In this document: piece after piece, positions 39,527 through 55,419 of the stretch
Numbering within the stretch: the first letter of the stretch is position 1
How the letters are laid out: each line of letters begins with the position of its first letter
Position numbers and translations under genes: made by a program
From: the human T2T-CHM13v2.0 reference genome, Homo sapiens
DNA: 64,000 bases
Strand: one strand, 5' to 3'
NCBI RefSeq assembly: GCF_009914755.1
Contig: NC_060933.1
The notes under the pieces: model-generated
What the model was told of the DNA's origin: nothing
The model's database searches: none
Seen by the model: only the letters and a program-made list of their open reading frames with translations

Positions 39527-41785
39527 AGATATGTTTTGGCTGTGTCCCCCCCCAAATCTCCTCTTGAATTCCCACAAGTGGGAAGGACCTGATGGGAGAT
39601 AATTGAATCATGGGGGCAGGTCTTTCCCATGCTGCTCTCATAGTACAAATAAGTCTCATGATATCTGATGGTTATCTAAGGGGCAGTTTTCCTGCACAAG
39701 CTCTCTGTTTGCCTTCTGCCATCCATGTAAGATGTGACTTGCTCCTCCTTGCCTTCTGCCATGATTGTGAGGCGTCTCCAGCCACGTGGAACTGTAAGTC
39801 CATTAAACCGCTTTCTTGTATAAATTACCCAGTCTCGGGTATGTCTTTATCAGCAGTGTGAAAATGAACTAATACAGTAAATTGATACCAGTAGAGTGGG
39901 GCGCTGCTGAAAACATACCTGAAAATGTGGAAATGACTTTGGAACTGGGTAACAGGCAGAGATTGGAACACTTTGGAGGGCGCAGAAAAGACAAGAAAAT
40001 GTGGGAAAGTGTGGAACTCCCTAGAGACTTGTCGAATGGCTTTGACAAAAATGCTGGTAATGATATGGACAATGAAATCCAGGCTAAGGTGGTCTCAGAT
40101 GGACATGAAGAACTTTTTGAGAACTGGAGCAAAGGTGACTCTTGTTATGTTTTAGCAAAGTGACTAGCAGCATTTTTCCCCTGCCCTAGAGATTCATGGA
40201 ACTTTGAACTTGAGAGAGATGATTTAGGGTATCTGGCAGAAGAAATTTATAAGCAGCAAAGCATGCAAGAGGTGACTAGGGTAATGTTAAAGGCATTCGG
40301 TTTTAAAAGGGAAACAGGGCATAGAGGTTCAGAAAATTTGCAGCCTGATAATGTGATAGAAAAGAAAATCCCATTTTCTGAGGAGAAATTCAAGCCAGCT
40401 GCAGAAATTTGCATAAGTAACAAGGAGCCAAATGTTAATCACCAAGACAAAGGGGAAATGTCTCAAGGGCATGTCAGAGGTCTTCACGGCAGCCCCTCCC
40501 ATCACAGGTCGGGAGGCCTAGGAAGAAAAGTTGGTTTCATTGGCTGGGTCCAGGTCCCCCCTGCCCTGTGCAGCCTAGGGACTTGGTACCCTGCATTCTA
40601 GCCACTCCATCCATGGCTAAAAGGGGACAATGTACAGCTTGGGCTGTTGCCTCAGACTTTGGAAGCCACAAGCCTTGGCAGTTTCCATGTGGTGTTGAGC
40701 CTGCAGGTGCATAGAAGTGAAGAATTGGGGTTTGGGAACCTCTGCCTAGATTTCAAAAGATGTATAGAAATGCCTGGATGCCCAGGCAGAAGTTTGTGGC
40801 AGGGGTGGGGCCCTCATGGAGAACCTCTGCTAGGGCAGTGCAGAAGGGAAATGTGGGGTCAGAGTCCCCATACAGAGTCCCTACTGGACAGCTCAAGTGG
40901 AGCTGTGAGAAAGGGCCACCATCCTCCAGACCCCATAATGGTAGATCCACTGACAGCTTGCACAGTGCGCCTGGAAAAACTGCAGACATTCAACATCAGC
41001 CAATGAAGGCAGCCAGGAGGGAGGCTGTACCCTGCAAAGCTACAGGGGCAGAGTTACCCAAGACCATGGGAACTCATCTCTTACATTAGTTTGACCCAGA
41101 TGTGAGACATGAAGTCAAAGGAGATCATTTTGGAGCTTTAAGATTTGACTGACCTGCTGGATTTCGGACTTGCATGGGGCCTGTAGCCCCAATGTTTTGG
41201 CCAGTTTGGAATGGCTGTATGTACCCAATGCCTGTATCCCCATTGTATCTAGGAAGTAACTAACTTGCTTTTGATTTTACAGGCTCATAGGCAGAAGAGA
41301 TTTGCCTTGTTTCAGATGAGACTTTGAACTATGGACTTTTGAGTTAATGCTGAAGTGAGTTAAGACTTTGGAGGACTGTTGGGAAGGCATGATTGGTTTT
41401 GAAATGTGAGGACATGAGACTTGGGAGGGGTCAGGGTGGAATGATATGGTTTGGCTGCATCCCCACCCAAATCTCATCTTGAATTTCCATGTGTTGTGGG
41501 AGGGACCTGTTAGGAGGTAATTGAATCATGGGGGCAAGTCTTTCGCATGCTGTTCTTGTGACAGTGAATAAGTCTCACAAGATCTGATAGTTTAAAAAGG
41601 GGAATTTCTCTGCACAAGTTCTTTCTTCTCTTGTCTGCTGCCATGTGAGACATCCTTTTACCTTCTGCCATAATTGTGAGGCCTCCCCAGCCATGTAGAA
41701 ATATAAGTCCATTAAACCTCTTTCTTCTGTAAATTGCCCAGTTTGGGGTATGTCTTTATCAGCAGTGTGAAAATGGACTAATACA
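39527..41785 (+). mobile_element. Two-LTR THE1 (ERVL-MaLR) element: LTR 39527-39876, internal 39877-41441, LTR 41442-41785
   Basis: Both LTRs run (t/a)gatatg...ctaataca; ~1.57-kb THE1-int starting gtaaattgataccagtagagtggggcgctgctg; flanking CACAC on both sides, within a CA microsatellite. Confidence 0.93.
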
Positions 41786-42269
41786 CACACACACACTCAC
41801 ACACACATATATACACACACACACATACAGTTTATGTCACTATTATACCTCATTGTAAATGAATAACTAGTCTTCTGGATCTATGTTTTTATCTTATGAC
41901 CCTGGTTAAGATGATTCACTCTGAGAAATGTATCTGTTCTGAGCCTATAAATAAAATCCAGATATGATGCTGCAGGGCTGTAGTTCAAACCATATGTCAT
42001 GAGAAATTTACCCTGTGAGGCCTGTAGTCTTGTCCTTTTGATCCCTGGATAAACCCAGACACTACCCCCATAGTTGAAAAAATGCCACTAAATTGCATTA
42101 TATGTAGGGTTTTGCATTCTGGTTTTTTGTGTTCCATTACATCTTGAGCATTTTCCTATGACATAATCATAGAAAAACCATATCTGAGAATGTAATTTTT
42201 AATAGGTCTATAATATTCTAAGATATATATATATACATATATATATGCCTTTATTTATTTGACTGGTAG

Positions 42270-42667
42270 TGTGACAAGTCCCCCACCAGGATACTTAAGG
42301 GTATATGTCTGCTGCCTGAACCCTGAAGACTGGGCAGTGACTCACAGTCATGATGCCCTGCAGAGAACTAAACAAGTGTCCCTGAAAACCCAAATATCCC
42401 GGAGAGTATCTGAGAACCTACCAAGAAAAACAGTCTCATTGCTCAAACACAGCAGGCAAAGAGCCAGAAATTAGCTTAAAAGCAGTTTAGAGATGGGAGG
42501 TGGTGCGGATCTCGAGAGCTGTCCCGCCACCATCCAGGAGTGCCCTGTGCATAAGTCCTAATAAACTCATCTACTCGTTAAGCTGGACTCGTTCAAGTCA
42601 TTCTTTGGTCTCTTCATTCCTTCTCAGTTTGGAGGGAACATTAAAGTTCCAAGTTTTTCTTGTAACA
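42270..42667 (+). mobile_element. ERV solo LTR (ERVL-type, LTR18/LTR32-like; subfamily uncertain)
   Basis: TGT...ACA ends, TATA-like gcttaaaa, AATAAA at ~42560; no clear TSD. Confidence 0.6.
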
Positions 42668-43025
42668 AACCAACTTCTGTTATTGGAAGTCTGCCTATTT
42701 CTAATTGTTTGCTGTTATTATACATAAAGATGCAATGAATAACCTTATAGGTAAAGCTTTTTATACACCTCTGCTTTTTTCATTCATAAACTTCTAGGAC
42801 CAGAAATATTAGATCAAATTGAATTAATGCTGTGGCCAACTGCAAATTGTTCCCCAATATCCATTTTCCCCTTCTAAAGTAGTAGAGTTTTAGCTGGGTC
42901 TATAGCTACGTCGTTAATGATATTTCTATATAGCCAGCCTGGCAGCTAGATGTGCCTGTGTGACAGGTCTGGCTAGTGGGATGTGAGTGTAATGAAATGA
43001 TGTGGGCCCATTAAAGAATTATGCT

Positions 43026-43332
43026 TTGCCAGGCATGGTGGCTCATGCCTGTAATTCCAGCACTTTGGGAGGCTGAGGCGGGAGGATCACGAGGTCAGGA
43101 GTTCAAGACCAGCCTGACCAACACGGTGAAACCCCATCTCTAGTAAAAATACAAAAATTAGCCTGGTGTGATGGTGCACACCTGTAATCCCAGCTACTCA
43201 GGAGGCTCAGGCAAGAGAATCGCTTGAACACAGGAGGCGAGTTTGCAGTGAGCAGAGATCGCGCCACTACACTCCAGCCTGGGTGACAGAGTGAGACTCT
43301 GTCTCGAAAAACAAAAACAAACAAACAAACAA
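43026..43332 (+). mobile_element. AluSg-like
   Basis: GGATCACGAGGTCAGGAGTTC; TSD AAAGAATTATGCT at 43013-43025 and 43333-43345. Confidence 0.9.
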
Positions 43333-43459
43333 AAAGAATTATGCTCAATTCCCTGTCATTGTTGTTTTTTCCCCAGCTCTTTACTGGTGAGAAGATAGCA
43401 AAAGCTGAAGCAGACACAGAATCCACAAGTGGAAAATACAGCAGTGCCATTAAAGGTAA

Positions 43460-44425
43460 TAAAAGATAAAGTTTATCTTTCTTCCAAGCTCTTTATTTTA
43501 ATTTCTTATAGGATTTTTGTTACTTTTTAATGTTGTTTTAAGTAAAGAAGACTAAAAGTTTAAATCAGTATAAATTTTCATTTTTATATTGTGCCACACC
43601 CATTTTAAATGCAAATATAAGAGCATTTAACTCGTGTCGAATCACAAAAATTACAATTTGTATTTTGTGGTTCATACATGGATATGTAGTTCATTCTTAC
43701 CAGAAGAGTAGGAACAATGCACACACAAAAAATTCAACTGTTTTTATTTCACTGCTTGATAAAATATGTTCTATCAACATGCTTTGCCTTCTACCTACTG
43801 ATGAGTAAGGAAGGACTGACAGGAAAAGGAACTACAGGTTACCCTATTGTTCCCTTTCTGTGTTATTTTCAAAGTAAGTTCCTGGCTGATACAGGGAAGT
43901 AGCACAAGTAATAAAGGATGTGGTGGGGTTCCTTTGTTGTTCATGTTTCTAACAATGCCATTGCTTTCTTTCTGGAACAGAAGCAAGTCTAGTTTGAATG
44001 GAATGCTTGGCCTTTTGGGATCTGTCAGTACTCTCTCCCAGACCCCTGTTAGTCATAGACATAACACACTTAACTTGTACTCACTTGGAGTCTCCCCAAA
44101 CTCCCATGCATCGTGGGTCTACTGGGATTCTGTGGTCAGAGAGCATTGCCGTTACTACATTCAAACATGGTGGCATGACATGATATACCTACTGTGAATG
44201 ACAGGTGTCATACAAAGGAAGGACAGATGCACCTACTGTGTATTCCTCTGTTTATGTGCATGCTTCATTGTCCCATTGGATTTGACTTACAAAATACAAA
44301 TTCAAAGATGAAATTATGAAGAATTTCAAGATGGCAGCAGCAGAGCATTAGGCTACACATTGGGCCCTTCTGATTGTGGGGCTCTGTGTGACTGCACAAG
44401 ACAAACCCTCATAAAGCCAGCTCTG
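43460..44425 (-). mobile_element. hAT-Tip100 DNA transposon (MER45-like) inside a fragmented MLT1 LTR
   Basis: Terminal sequence ggggctctgtgtgactgcacaag...ataaagccagctctg resembles the MER45 end; left boundary uncertain. Confidence 0.5.
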
Positions 44426-45397
44426 GGTGGCGGAGCCCTGGACTGCCTGCCTACTGGATGTTAAATGAGATTGAAATAAATTTTGACCTAGTTTAAGCTG
44501 TTGTATTTTGAGGTCCCTTTTATACACTTTGCATCCTGACTTATGAAAACACTTTTAGTTCTCAAAACGTACTGCCAATTGCATAACAAAGAGACTATGT
44601 CCCTATGTTTAGTTAACACCCCCATGAGCAGTATATGACCACAAATGTTTCCCTCTGCTCTTGCTATTGTCTCTATTTTGATATTTCAACAGCATGCCCA
44701 ATTCAAAATGCCCCAAACCAAACTCATCTCTCCTCCAATATCAAACACAGACACAATATCAAACACAGCAACTAATATTTATTTAGCTTTTAACATGTAC
44801 CAAGCGTTTTGCAGGCTTATTTCATTTATTAGGTATCATCATTCATTGTGGCCATTTTCCAGATGAGGAAATGGAAGCTTATGTAACTTACAGAAGGTAA
44901 TACTGAGCTGAGATATGATTTCAGTATTTATGGCTCCAAAGCCTATGAGCATACCACTTGTCTCTCCTTTTCTATGATGGCAAAATAATTCCTAAAACAA
45001 TGGTGGTGTGATTGGGAAAAGAAATGTTTTTCTTTACATCTTGCAGCAAATCAATGTCTACAATAAATTCAGAATTCTAGTATCCTGTCAGATCACTCTG
45101 TTCCCATCATTTCTACCATTGCCAACACACCCTGAAAACTAGTGTATTCACCTGGGAGAGTTTGCTCAGGGAAGCGAGGGTTTTTAAAAATCCCCCTAGT
45201 GACCTCTTGTGGCTGATGGACACCCTGCTGAGACCCTGCCTCTGGAATCTACCTGGCTTGCTGCTTCATGTTCACCCCTCCCCGGGCTACAGAAAAAGGG
45301 CTCCAAGGAAATCAGAGTTAGGAAATGGGTCGTCCCTGGTTTCAAACAAAGGGCATCATTCCAATATGTGTCAAAAATAAGCTCAGAAAATTTGTAA

Positions 45398-45511
45398 GAG
45401 AGATGGGTTTTCTGTTGGCTGGGCTGGTCTCAAATTCCTGACCTCAAGTGATCTGCCCGCCTTGGCCTCCTAAATTGCTGCAATTACAGGCATGAGCCAC
45501 TGCGCCTGGCC
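45398..45511 (-). mobile_element. Alu left-arm fragment
   Basis: gagatgggtttt...ctgacctcaagtgatctgcccgccttggcctcc...gcctggcc. Confidence 0.85.
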
Positions 45512-45557
45512 AAGGAATTACAGATTTTTAAAAAATTATTTACAGTTTTCTGTATTG

Positions 45558-45715
45558 CAGTGGTTCTCAACTTAGTACATTAACAACCTATGAAAAATCT
45601 GAATGCTCAGCCCACTCTAGACAAATTAAGTCAGAACTACTGGAAGTGAACCCAGGTTCTAGTAATTTTTTAAATTACCCAGATGATTCAATGTGCAATC
45701 AAGCTTGAGAATGAG
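45558..45715. mobile_element. MER5A-like
   Basis: cagtggttctcaactt...aagcttgagaa. Confidence 0.6.
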
Positions 45716-47084
45716 TATATTGTTTGAATGCTTTACAATCAGTGATCATGTTATAAAGCAGAAAGAAGGGAGAGCCAGAAGAAGTTATCTTCATTTTGCT
45801 AATTTATGTGCAGTGTGCATGTGTGTATACTGTGTATGCAGTGTGCATGTGTGGCGGTTGCAGACAAACTAAGGCTAAAGCTGGTAAAAATCCAAAGGAA
45901 CACAGTAAAGTCACCTAGTTGATCATGAAATCTGGTCAGAAAAACCTGGCTTTGTTTCTTTGTTCTAATACTTCCTGGCTATGTGACCTTAAGCAGCTCA
46001 CTTCACCTGTTTGAATGTCCATTTTCTTTTCTAGTAAGAGTAAAAGGGAAATTCTATTCCCATAGAATTGTAGGATTCAGTGTCATATTGCATGAACAAG
46101 GGCTATGTAAGTTGCTAGTTATAATATGTGGTGGAGTAAAGAAGTAGAAAAGAAAGCAGGAGAAATAACTGAGCACTGAAAGACAAAATATTAACATTCC
46201 AGGAATGTTAATATTTTTTGTTTCTCCTGAATGCTTTATTTCCCTAACAAACATAGTTGCTGAGGGCCCGCTTTGCACCAGACACCATTTTAAGGGATAG
46301 AAGAGAAAACCTAATGACAGTCTGATTGCCGTCAAGAGGCTCACATGTGAAAGGGAATGAGGAGCTGCAACAAATAGCACAATGCGGTAAGTACTGTAAA
46401 GACGTGTGCCCAAGGCAGTAAGAGGCGCCAGTGCCTCTTTCAGAGAAGGGGAGGCAAGACTTGTGAAGCCTACAGAGAGCTAAGATCAGGAAATACTGGC
46501 TACATGCTTTGTTCTCTAGGGGGAGCTCAAGGCTTTCTCCTTTGATATCTGAATGGAATCAGTACTTCCAGTGAGAAGGGTGTATGTAGATAGATAAGTT
46601 GAACTGTGTTAGGATAAATGCTCCAATGCCACTTGATCTTGGAGTTCTTTCTTGTTAGGTATTTTCTATTGAATGGCGTCTTCCTTTGCTCCCGTGAAGC
46701 TGGTTCTATGGAAAGACATTGGGTTATCCCTCCCAGTTAAAAATGTTGCTCCCTCCACTTAGAAGACTAAGGAAGAACCAGAGTGAAGGAAGCCCCATGG
46801 GCAGGAAGAGGACTCATTTGGGCTCAAGACATTCAGTCCAACCTAGCTCACAAGGATGGATGAGATCATGATTCGGGACCATAACTTGTCACTTGTGCAC
46901 ATACTCTAAACGGTGGCGTTTTTCAAGGTATTGAAAGGAGGTGGCAGGATAGGATTAAGAAATTTGATCCAGACAGGCTTATCAAATTCACTACAACCAA
47001 CAGATGGTTCTAGATTTTTTTTTTTTCATTAATGTTTCATGACTATGTGCTCTCGATTTGAAGTTTCAAGGTCCTCTTGAAGTT

Positions 47085-47245
47085 TTTTTTGTTTGTTTTT
47101 TTAGACAGGGTCTTGCTCTGTCACCCAGTGCAGTGGTGTGATCATCATGGCTCAATGCAGCCTCTTACTCCTGGGCTCAAGTGATCCTCCCACTTCAGCC
47201 TCCCAAAGCATTGGGATTACAAGCATGAGCCACACACACCTGGCT
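47085..47245 (-). mobile_element. FLAM / internally deleted AluJ
   Basis: ttagacagggtcttgctctgtcaccc...gggctcaagtgatcctcccacttcagcctcccaaagc. Confidence 0.75.
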
Positions 47246-47425
47246 CAGAGTCCTCTTGAATCTGGCAAAAACTTGATTTGGAATTTTCTAAAATTTCTCT
47301 TATTTGTTGTAGCAACTGTATTTCATGGGAAGATATTTCTCTGATAGATCGATGCTCTTCTTTTTTATCTCTTTGTATCACCTATAAATGCTCCCATTTG
47401 CACACTCTTAAAGAAGTAAGCTTAG

Positions 47426-47748
<323 letters not shown>

Positions 47749-48539
47749 TCACATGGAAAGTTAAAATGTAATCTCTCAGAGTTTTTGTGATGTCTAAATG
47801 AAGGCTATATAGACAATTTTGATTTTTAAGTTGTTTTTCTTTGTTACTTCGGGTATCAAACTGGGGATAGTGTGGAAACCACCAGTTCCTGAGGTAGTTG
47901 TGGCTAGGAAATTCACTTGTATACTAAAGAGCTTCATTTTTTTGTTTGCTGTGTAATTAGAAAGTAACTGGGTCTATGCCTTTATTCTTTGCATGGCAAG
48001 GTTTGCCTTGTTAGATACCAGACAAGGTAGCACCCCGGATATTTGCCAGGCATATTTATCCTTGTCAAAGGCACATTGGCAGTAAATGACACTGAAGGAT
48101 CCTGCTTGGTATGACTTCGGTTATCAAGTAAACTGTTGCAGAGTTGTTGGGGGGATCCAGATATACCCCCATATCATCTCTTGCTTCACCTCATCTCTGA
48201 CCCTAGCCCCTGAGTAAATAGGTGGGTTCTGCTGGGGTCCACTTCTTGGTTAGCTGTTCCTTCTTGTGACTGAGTTGTAATAGATAGGACTGGCCACTTT
48301 TTCAAACTAATCTCATCTGTATTGTATCTTGCAAAAATTCCCCTGTCTGTAGCATGTGACTGACCCTTTTCATTGATTTCTAGCACAGTATAGTGTTCTT
48401 CGTACTTTTATCTTTCGTGGCTGATAGAGGGAATCTAACCGTTTGCCGTAGAGGAGATTAGATAAGACTGCTGATGTCAATATTGTGCTTGGAAGATGTT
48501 TCTTCTGAATCTCAGTGGGGGGTTCAGAAACTTATCACC

Positions 48540-49420
<881 letters not shown>

Positions 49421-50164
49421 AAAGTTAGCTTAAATTCTTAAGAGTTAAATGGGATTTTGGCTATAACCTCACCATCTACAAAGCCTGGGAAAAGAAAAAA
49501 GAAAAAAACTAGTGCTGAATCCAATGTTTAGGGTTTTAGTGTATTGCTTCTTCTTTAAAGGAAGGAGATGGTGCCTGAGACTAGCCTGGGTGCTGAGACC
49601 ACAACTCAGGCAATTTAAGTTTATGAAGGCCGATCCCACCCTACCCTTTCCAAAACTCTAGGACTACTTGCTGGAATGTGTATTCTAAAATCATACTTCT
49701 GAATATTTTTGAAATTGAAGTGCATCTTATAATAAGTATACTCATTTATTTTGCTTTTTTCCCCTAAAAAGCTGTTAAGGAAAGCTAGGGATATGGTGTG
49801 TCTTTTATAATTGAAGGCTTCTTCAGTTAAAAAAGACAGTATTTTACAAAATTCCTCATTTATAGAACCTTAGATTGATAATGTTACAGCTAGTAGGCAT
49901 TAAAGATCCAGTGAATTTTAAAGCCTTTTCCATTTTTTTCCCCTCTTAAGCCTGGTCTTTTTGGAAAGAAATCTTTAGAGAAACTATAAACAAACCAGTG
50001 GATAAAAGCACAGTGGGGTGATAGGTGACTCAGCACGCTCACCCCTCCGCTATGCTGACCTACACTTTCAAGGGAGCTTCCGGGAGAGTAATTTGAAACT
50101 TAATGGAAAGATACAAGCCGGTTCCTTCATCTTTGGCTGGTGCAAAAACCACTGTTAAAAGTCT

Positions 50165-50976
50165 TTTATTAAACAACAACTTTATGAGATATAATTGACA
50201 TAATAAACTGCATATATGTAAATATAACATTTGGTAAGTTTCAACATGTGTATACACTCACGAAGCCATCACTGCTATCAAGACATTGAACATATTCATC
50301 ATCCCGAAAAGTCTTCTTATGCACCTTTGTAAATTCTTCCTCCCTACCTCACCTCACCTCATCCCCATCTCCAGGCAACCCTTATTTGCTTCATGTCACT
50401 ATAGTGATTAGTTTGCATTTTCTGCAATTTTACATGAATGACATCATACACACTTTTTTTAAATCTGGCTTCTTTCAATCAGCATAATTATTTTGAGATT
50501 TATCCATATTGCTGCACATATCAATAGTTTTTTTCTTTTCATTGCCGAGTAGTATTCCGTGGTATGGGTAGACTCAATCTGTTTGTCCATTTGCTGCAGA
50601 TGGACATTTGAATGGTTTCCAGTTTTGGGCTATTACAAATGAAGCTCTATGAAGCTCTATGAATATTCCTGTATGAGTCTTAATATGGACACATGTTTTC
50701 TTTCATTGTTTTTGTGTAAATACCTAGAAGCCGAATGGCTGGATCTGATCATTGGTATGTGTTTAACTTTTCAAGCAACTCCCTACTTGTCTTTCAAAGT
50801 GGCTGTACTGTACAATAGTTTCAGTGGCTACATAACCTCACCAACACTCAGTATGTTCAGTTTCCTAAAAGTTTAGCCATTCTAATGAATGTGTGGTAGT
50901 ATCTCATTGTGGTTTTAATTTTCATTTCCCTTATGACTAATAATGTTAAGCATCCTTTAATGTACTTATTTGCCAT
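50165..50976 (-). mobile_element. L1MB/MC-type 3' end
   Basis: ctttatgagatataattgacataataaactgcatat...gtatctcattgtggttttaattttcatttccc. Confidence 0.8.
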
Positions 50977-51813
<837 letters not shown>

Positions 51814-53555
51814 AATCTTCTCTGGTGGCGTGTTTGTAATCACTACTTACGTTTTTTAATTGCCCTCATTTTTGTTTTTGTTTTTAAGATTCTGCAGTAA
51901 TGACAATTTTTTGAAGCATTGTCTATGCTATTTGTCTATTCTAAAATTTTGTTGACAGAACTACTAAATAAATAGCATTGTTAATGGGAAACGAAGGAGA
52001 ACTGTGTTAATCTAACAGAGAACTATCACAATAGGTTATTTATGGCACAGACAGAGGCTGTTTACACTTATTCAGGCTGGTAGAACTGACGGTGAATGGG
52101 TGAAAATGATGGCATATTATTGGGAGGCAATGGGAGATAGTGAAAGAAGCCAGAAAGGGGAATATTGATTTTTGCCCCATCCAAAGTCTCCCCTCCCACA
52201 CTGCCTATATTATGCCAACCCTTCATAGTCTTTCCCCATCTCCCCAATTTTTTCATTATTATGGATTTTTTATTTTGTAGCAAATATGTTAAGGAGATGA
52301 AGACTAGCTCAGCAGCAGAATCTAGCTATTGGCTATTCATTGTGATAAGCTTGCCAAGAATTTTCAATAGTGGACCACGTGATCAGAAATCCATGTGTTG
52401 GCAAAATAAAGTTTATATTGATTTCAGTATTAGTGCATAGCAAGTTTTATGTTAAAAATAAGAAGAACTTTATACAAAAGTGCAGTTATAAACCTAGAGT
52501 TTGAACTTGTCCTCTAGGAAGCACGTAGTAGAGTGAGGACACTGACCTAGGTTGGGGACAAAACTGTCATTTTGTCATGGAGTAGAATGAATGTGATCCT
52601 GGGGAAAGGACTGAAGGGCTTGGGCAAAGGGGAAGTGAAGATTATATTCAAGATGAATAAGAAGAGCAGAAGCCAGCTCTCCTCCCGTTTCCACTTTGGT
52701 CTGGAGAGGAAGAGGCGTTTCTGCCACCCCCATCCCCTCTGTCTTCCTTACTTTTTAACTTCTTCCAGAGGGAGGAGGAATTACTCAAGTACTCAAAGCA
52801 CAAGGCAATTACCAAACCACATTTCGCTAGAGGGCAGAGTCTCTAAGCTGATGTTCCCTCATTGGCAATTACAGTCCCCTTATTGCAGCACACTGGGAAA
52901 GGGCGTGGCCGTTCTCTGTCCTGTGCATATGTACTATGTGCATAAATTGTATTTGGTCTGTTCCAGATCTTTTCATCACCCAGGGTGGAAGTGAGGGAAA
53001 CCTTCCTTAGGTTTCCAAACCTACATGGTATAATTTGATTTGGTTTAACAAATATCTCTGCCCTGGGAGAGAAATGGGCGCTTAGTTAATAAAAAGGTAT
53101 TTTATTTTCTATTTGGTATTATTCTCATGTGCATATTCCTTAATTAGAAATCCCTGAGTGGTAGGATTTCATCTCCTAAACTGAACCCCTGACACTAACA
53201 TAATTAATCTTAAACAAAATTTCTATCCAAAGGGAGCCAAAAAAAGAGGCAATCTTTTTCTAAGCTTGTATCTAAGCCAGAAGGACTACAACTAGGGTCA
53301 AGGTAACAGGACAAGTTCATAGGGTAGATAGTGAAACCAGGTTCCCTTCGTTGCATCATCTATGGAAAGAGGACCATCATTTATCCATTCACCCACTCAT
53401 CAACCAATCCATCCTTTCATCCATTCAGTCGTTAACACATTTCTGAATTCCAGGCACTGGGCTAAGACTTCATAATACAGTAATAAACAAGTTGGTTATT
53501 GTTTGAAGGAGGATGGAAAAAAATGGAGAAAGAGGGTGTATGTAAATTTGTCATG

Positions 53556-53558
<3 letters not shown>

Positions 53559-53590
<32 letters not shown>

Positions 53591-53690
53591 TCAGAGAGAA
53601 TGGCTCATGGCTCATACATATATTATATATTATATATATATAATGACTCATATATATAATGACACACACATACACATACACACACACACA
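53559..53690. repeat. (TA)14 plus TA/CA compound microsatellite
   Basis: Direct inspection. Confidence 0.9.
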
Positions 53691-53892
53691 TGAGTCAGAT
53701 AGAATGGGAAAGATGGCACAGCATTTTCTTCCACCCTTGACCTATGTTGGAGCCTACAACAGAGTGTACTCATGAGAAAGTTTTTGAGATTCTGGATGTA
53801 AGCTGTACTGATTGGAAGATCAAGTGACAAAACAAAGCAACAGTTAGAAAGAGGGTCATTGTTTCCACTTTCCCCCAGGACCAAGTACTGAC

Positions 53893-54225
53893 CTGTAAAG
53901 TAGATATCACTAGTATTCACCAAAATCTGTTCTTCTCCCTTTTCATATACATGAACCTCTCTGCACTTTTTAGCCCTCTTGCAGTTAAAGTAGAGCCATA
54001 TTGATTAGTTCCAGCATTTGCAGCCTGAAGCAAAGAGCTAGTGAGTAACCACCATCAAGTTATCAATTTAAACCTGCTTAGTTGACCAGGGAGGCTTCAT
54101 GGAAAACAGCTGTCCTAAAGGGTTGCCCAGATCTCTGTTAGATTTTGTGTCAGCAAGAAATAAACTTTTATCATGGTAAGCCACTGAGAAGACACTGGGT
54201 CTTGCTGCACCAGTCTACCACAGCC
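53893..54225. mobile_element. MLT1-type LTR fragment
   Basis: agcaagaaataaacttttatcatggtaagccactgaga motif. Confidence 0.6.
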
Positions 54226-55419
54226 TGGAGAACTGATATTTGGGGAAGCATTAAAAAATAGTACCCCTGGCATAGGCACTGGTGGTTTCAAAATAGCTAC
54301 TATAAGTGGGGGTAAAAGAGAGGCCTTTCCAGTTACTTTGCAAGGCAGTGTGGAGCCAGAACAGGAAAGGAAAGATAAAATCGATGCTCTGTAATGACTG
54401 CAGCTAGCAGACTTCTTTGTGCATACATACATGTAAGGTAGCTTTTTGCAGACTCCCAGAAATATTTAGTAGGACTTTTGGGGCTTGAGAAAGAGTGTTA
54501 TCAACAAAGGAAACTCTGCATTATTTAATCTTAACATGACTGCTTACATCCAAAGACTGGCGACACATGGTGTCTTTAGGTGCTAACTGAGCTGTGGGAT
54601 CGATTTCATTAGGGAGAGGTCACAATTCTGTTTCTAGTTGGCAGGAATGATTTTAGTTCCTGTCTTCATCCTTATTCCTTTCTTGAAGAGTAAAGGGTCA
54701 CACATTGCTCAAATCTCTAGAAATTTCAGGATCTCCTGGGATTCATGTCAGACCCCCCTATATCTTTTCTGGGATACTGTGTTTTTTTGGAGAAAATAAT
54801 TTAATTTCATTATCATAGTTTTTCTTCTTGAAACTGAATACAGACAGGAAAATACTTTCTGATGCAGATGTATTAACATTTGCATGCCAAAAAGAGCTTC
54901 AGAAATTTACAGCATGGTTTATACTATACATCAAAATCCATATGACTACTTTCTAAAATTGTGAATTTATTTTCAAAAAAATAAAAAGCTCTTCATGGGC
55001 CCCAAATCATCAATTCAAGACAATTCCACAATAGGTTGAAAATAAGCACAAGCTTCCGTTGCTATCTGGTCAATCCCATGTCCAATCTGAATTTGATTAT
55101 CTGTATTTCCTTGAAAGTAGCAACAATGATCTTATTGTTTCCATGATGTTTCATGTTCAGCTGTTCAGATGTCCTATCGTATGAGAAAGAAAATGCAATC
55201 TAATGGGCCGCCAGGAATCTAAGAAGCTATGCCTCTCAAAGCCCTTTGATATCTTCAAACAATTAATCTTGTAGCAGCTAGAATATATTTTCAGTAATGT
55301 GCCTAACTTAACTATATGACTATATTAAAATAAATCTCCATGTTACTTCAATTTCTAAATAAAATGGCATGAGCAGAAAGGATATTAAAAATCTTGATCA
55401 CTTCCCCCAGCAACAGGGC

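Noticed and set aside
39869-41477. Cluster of 60-120 aa ORFs
   Set aside because: Broken remnants of the THE1 internal region; no intact ORF
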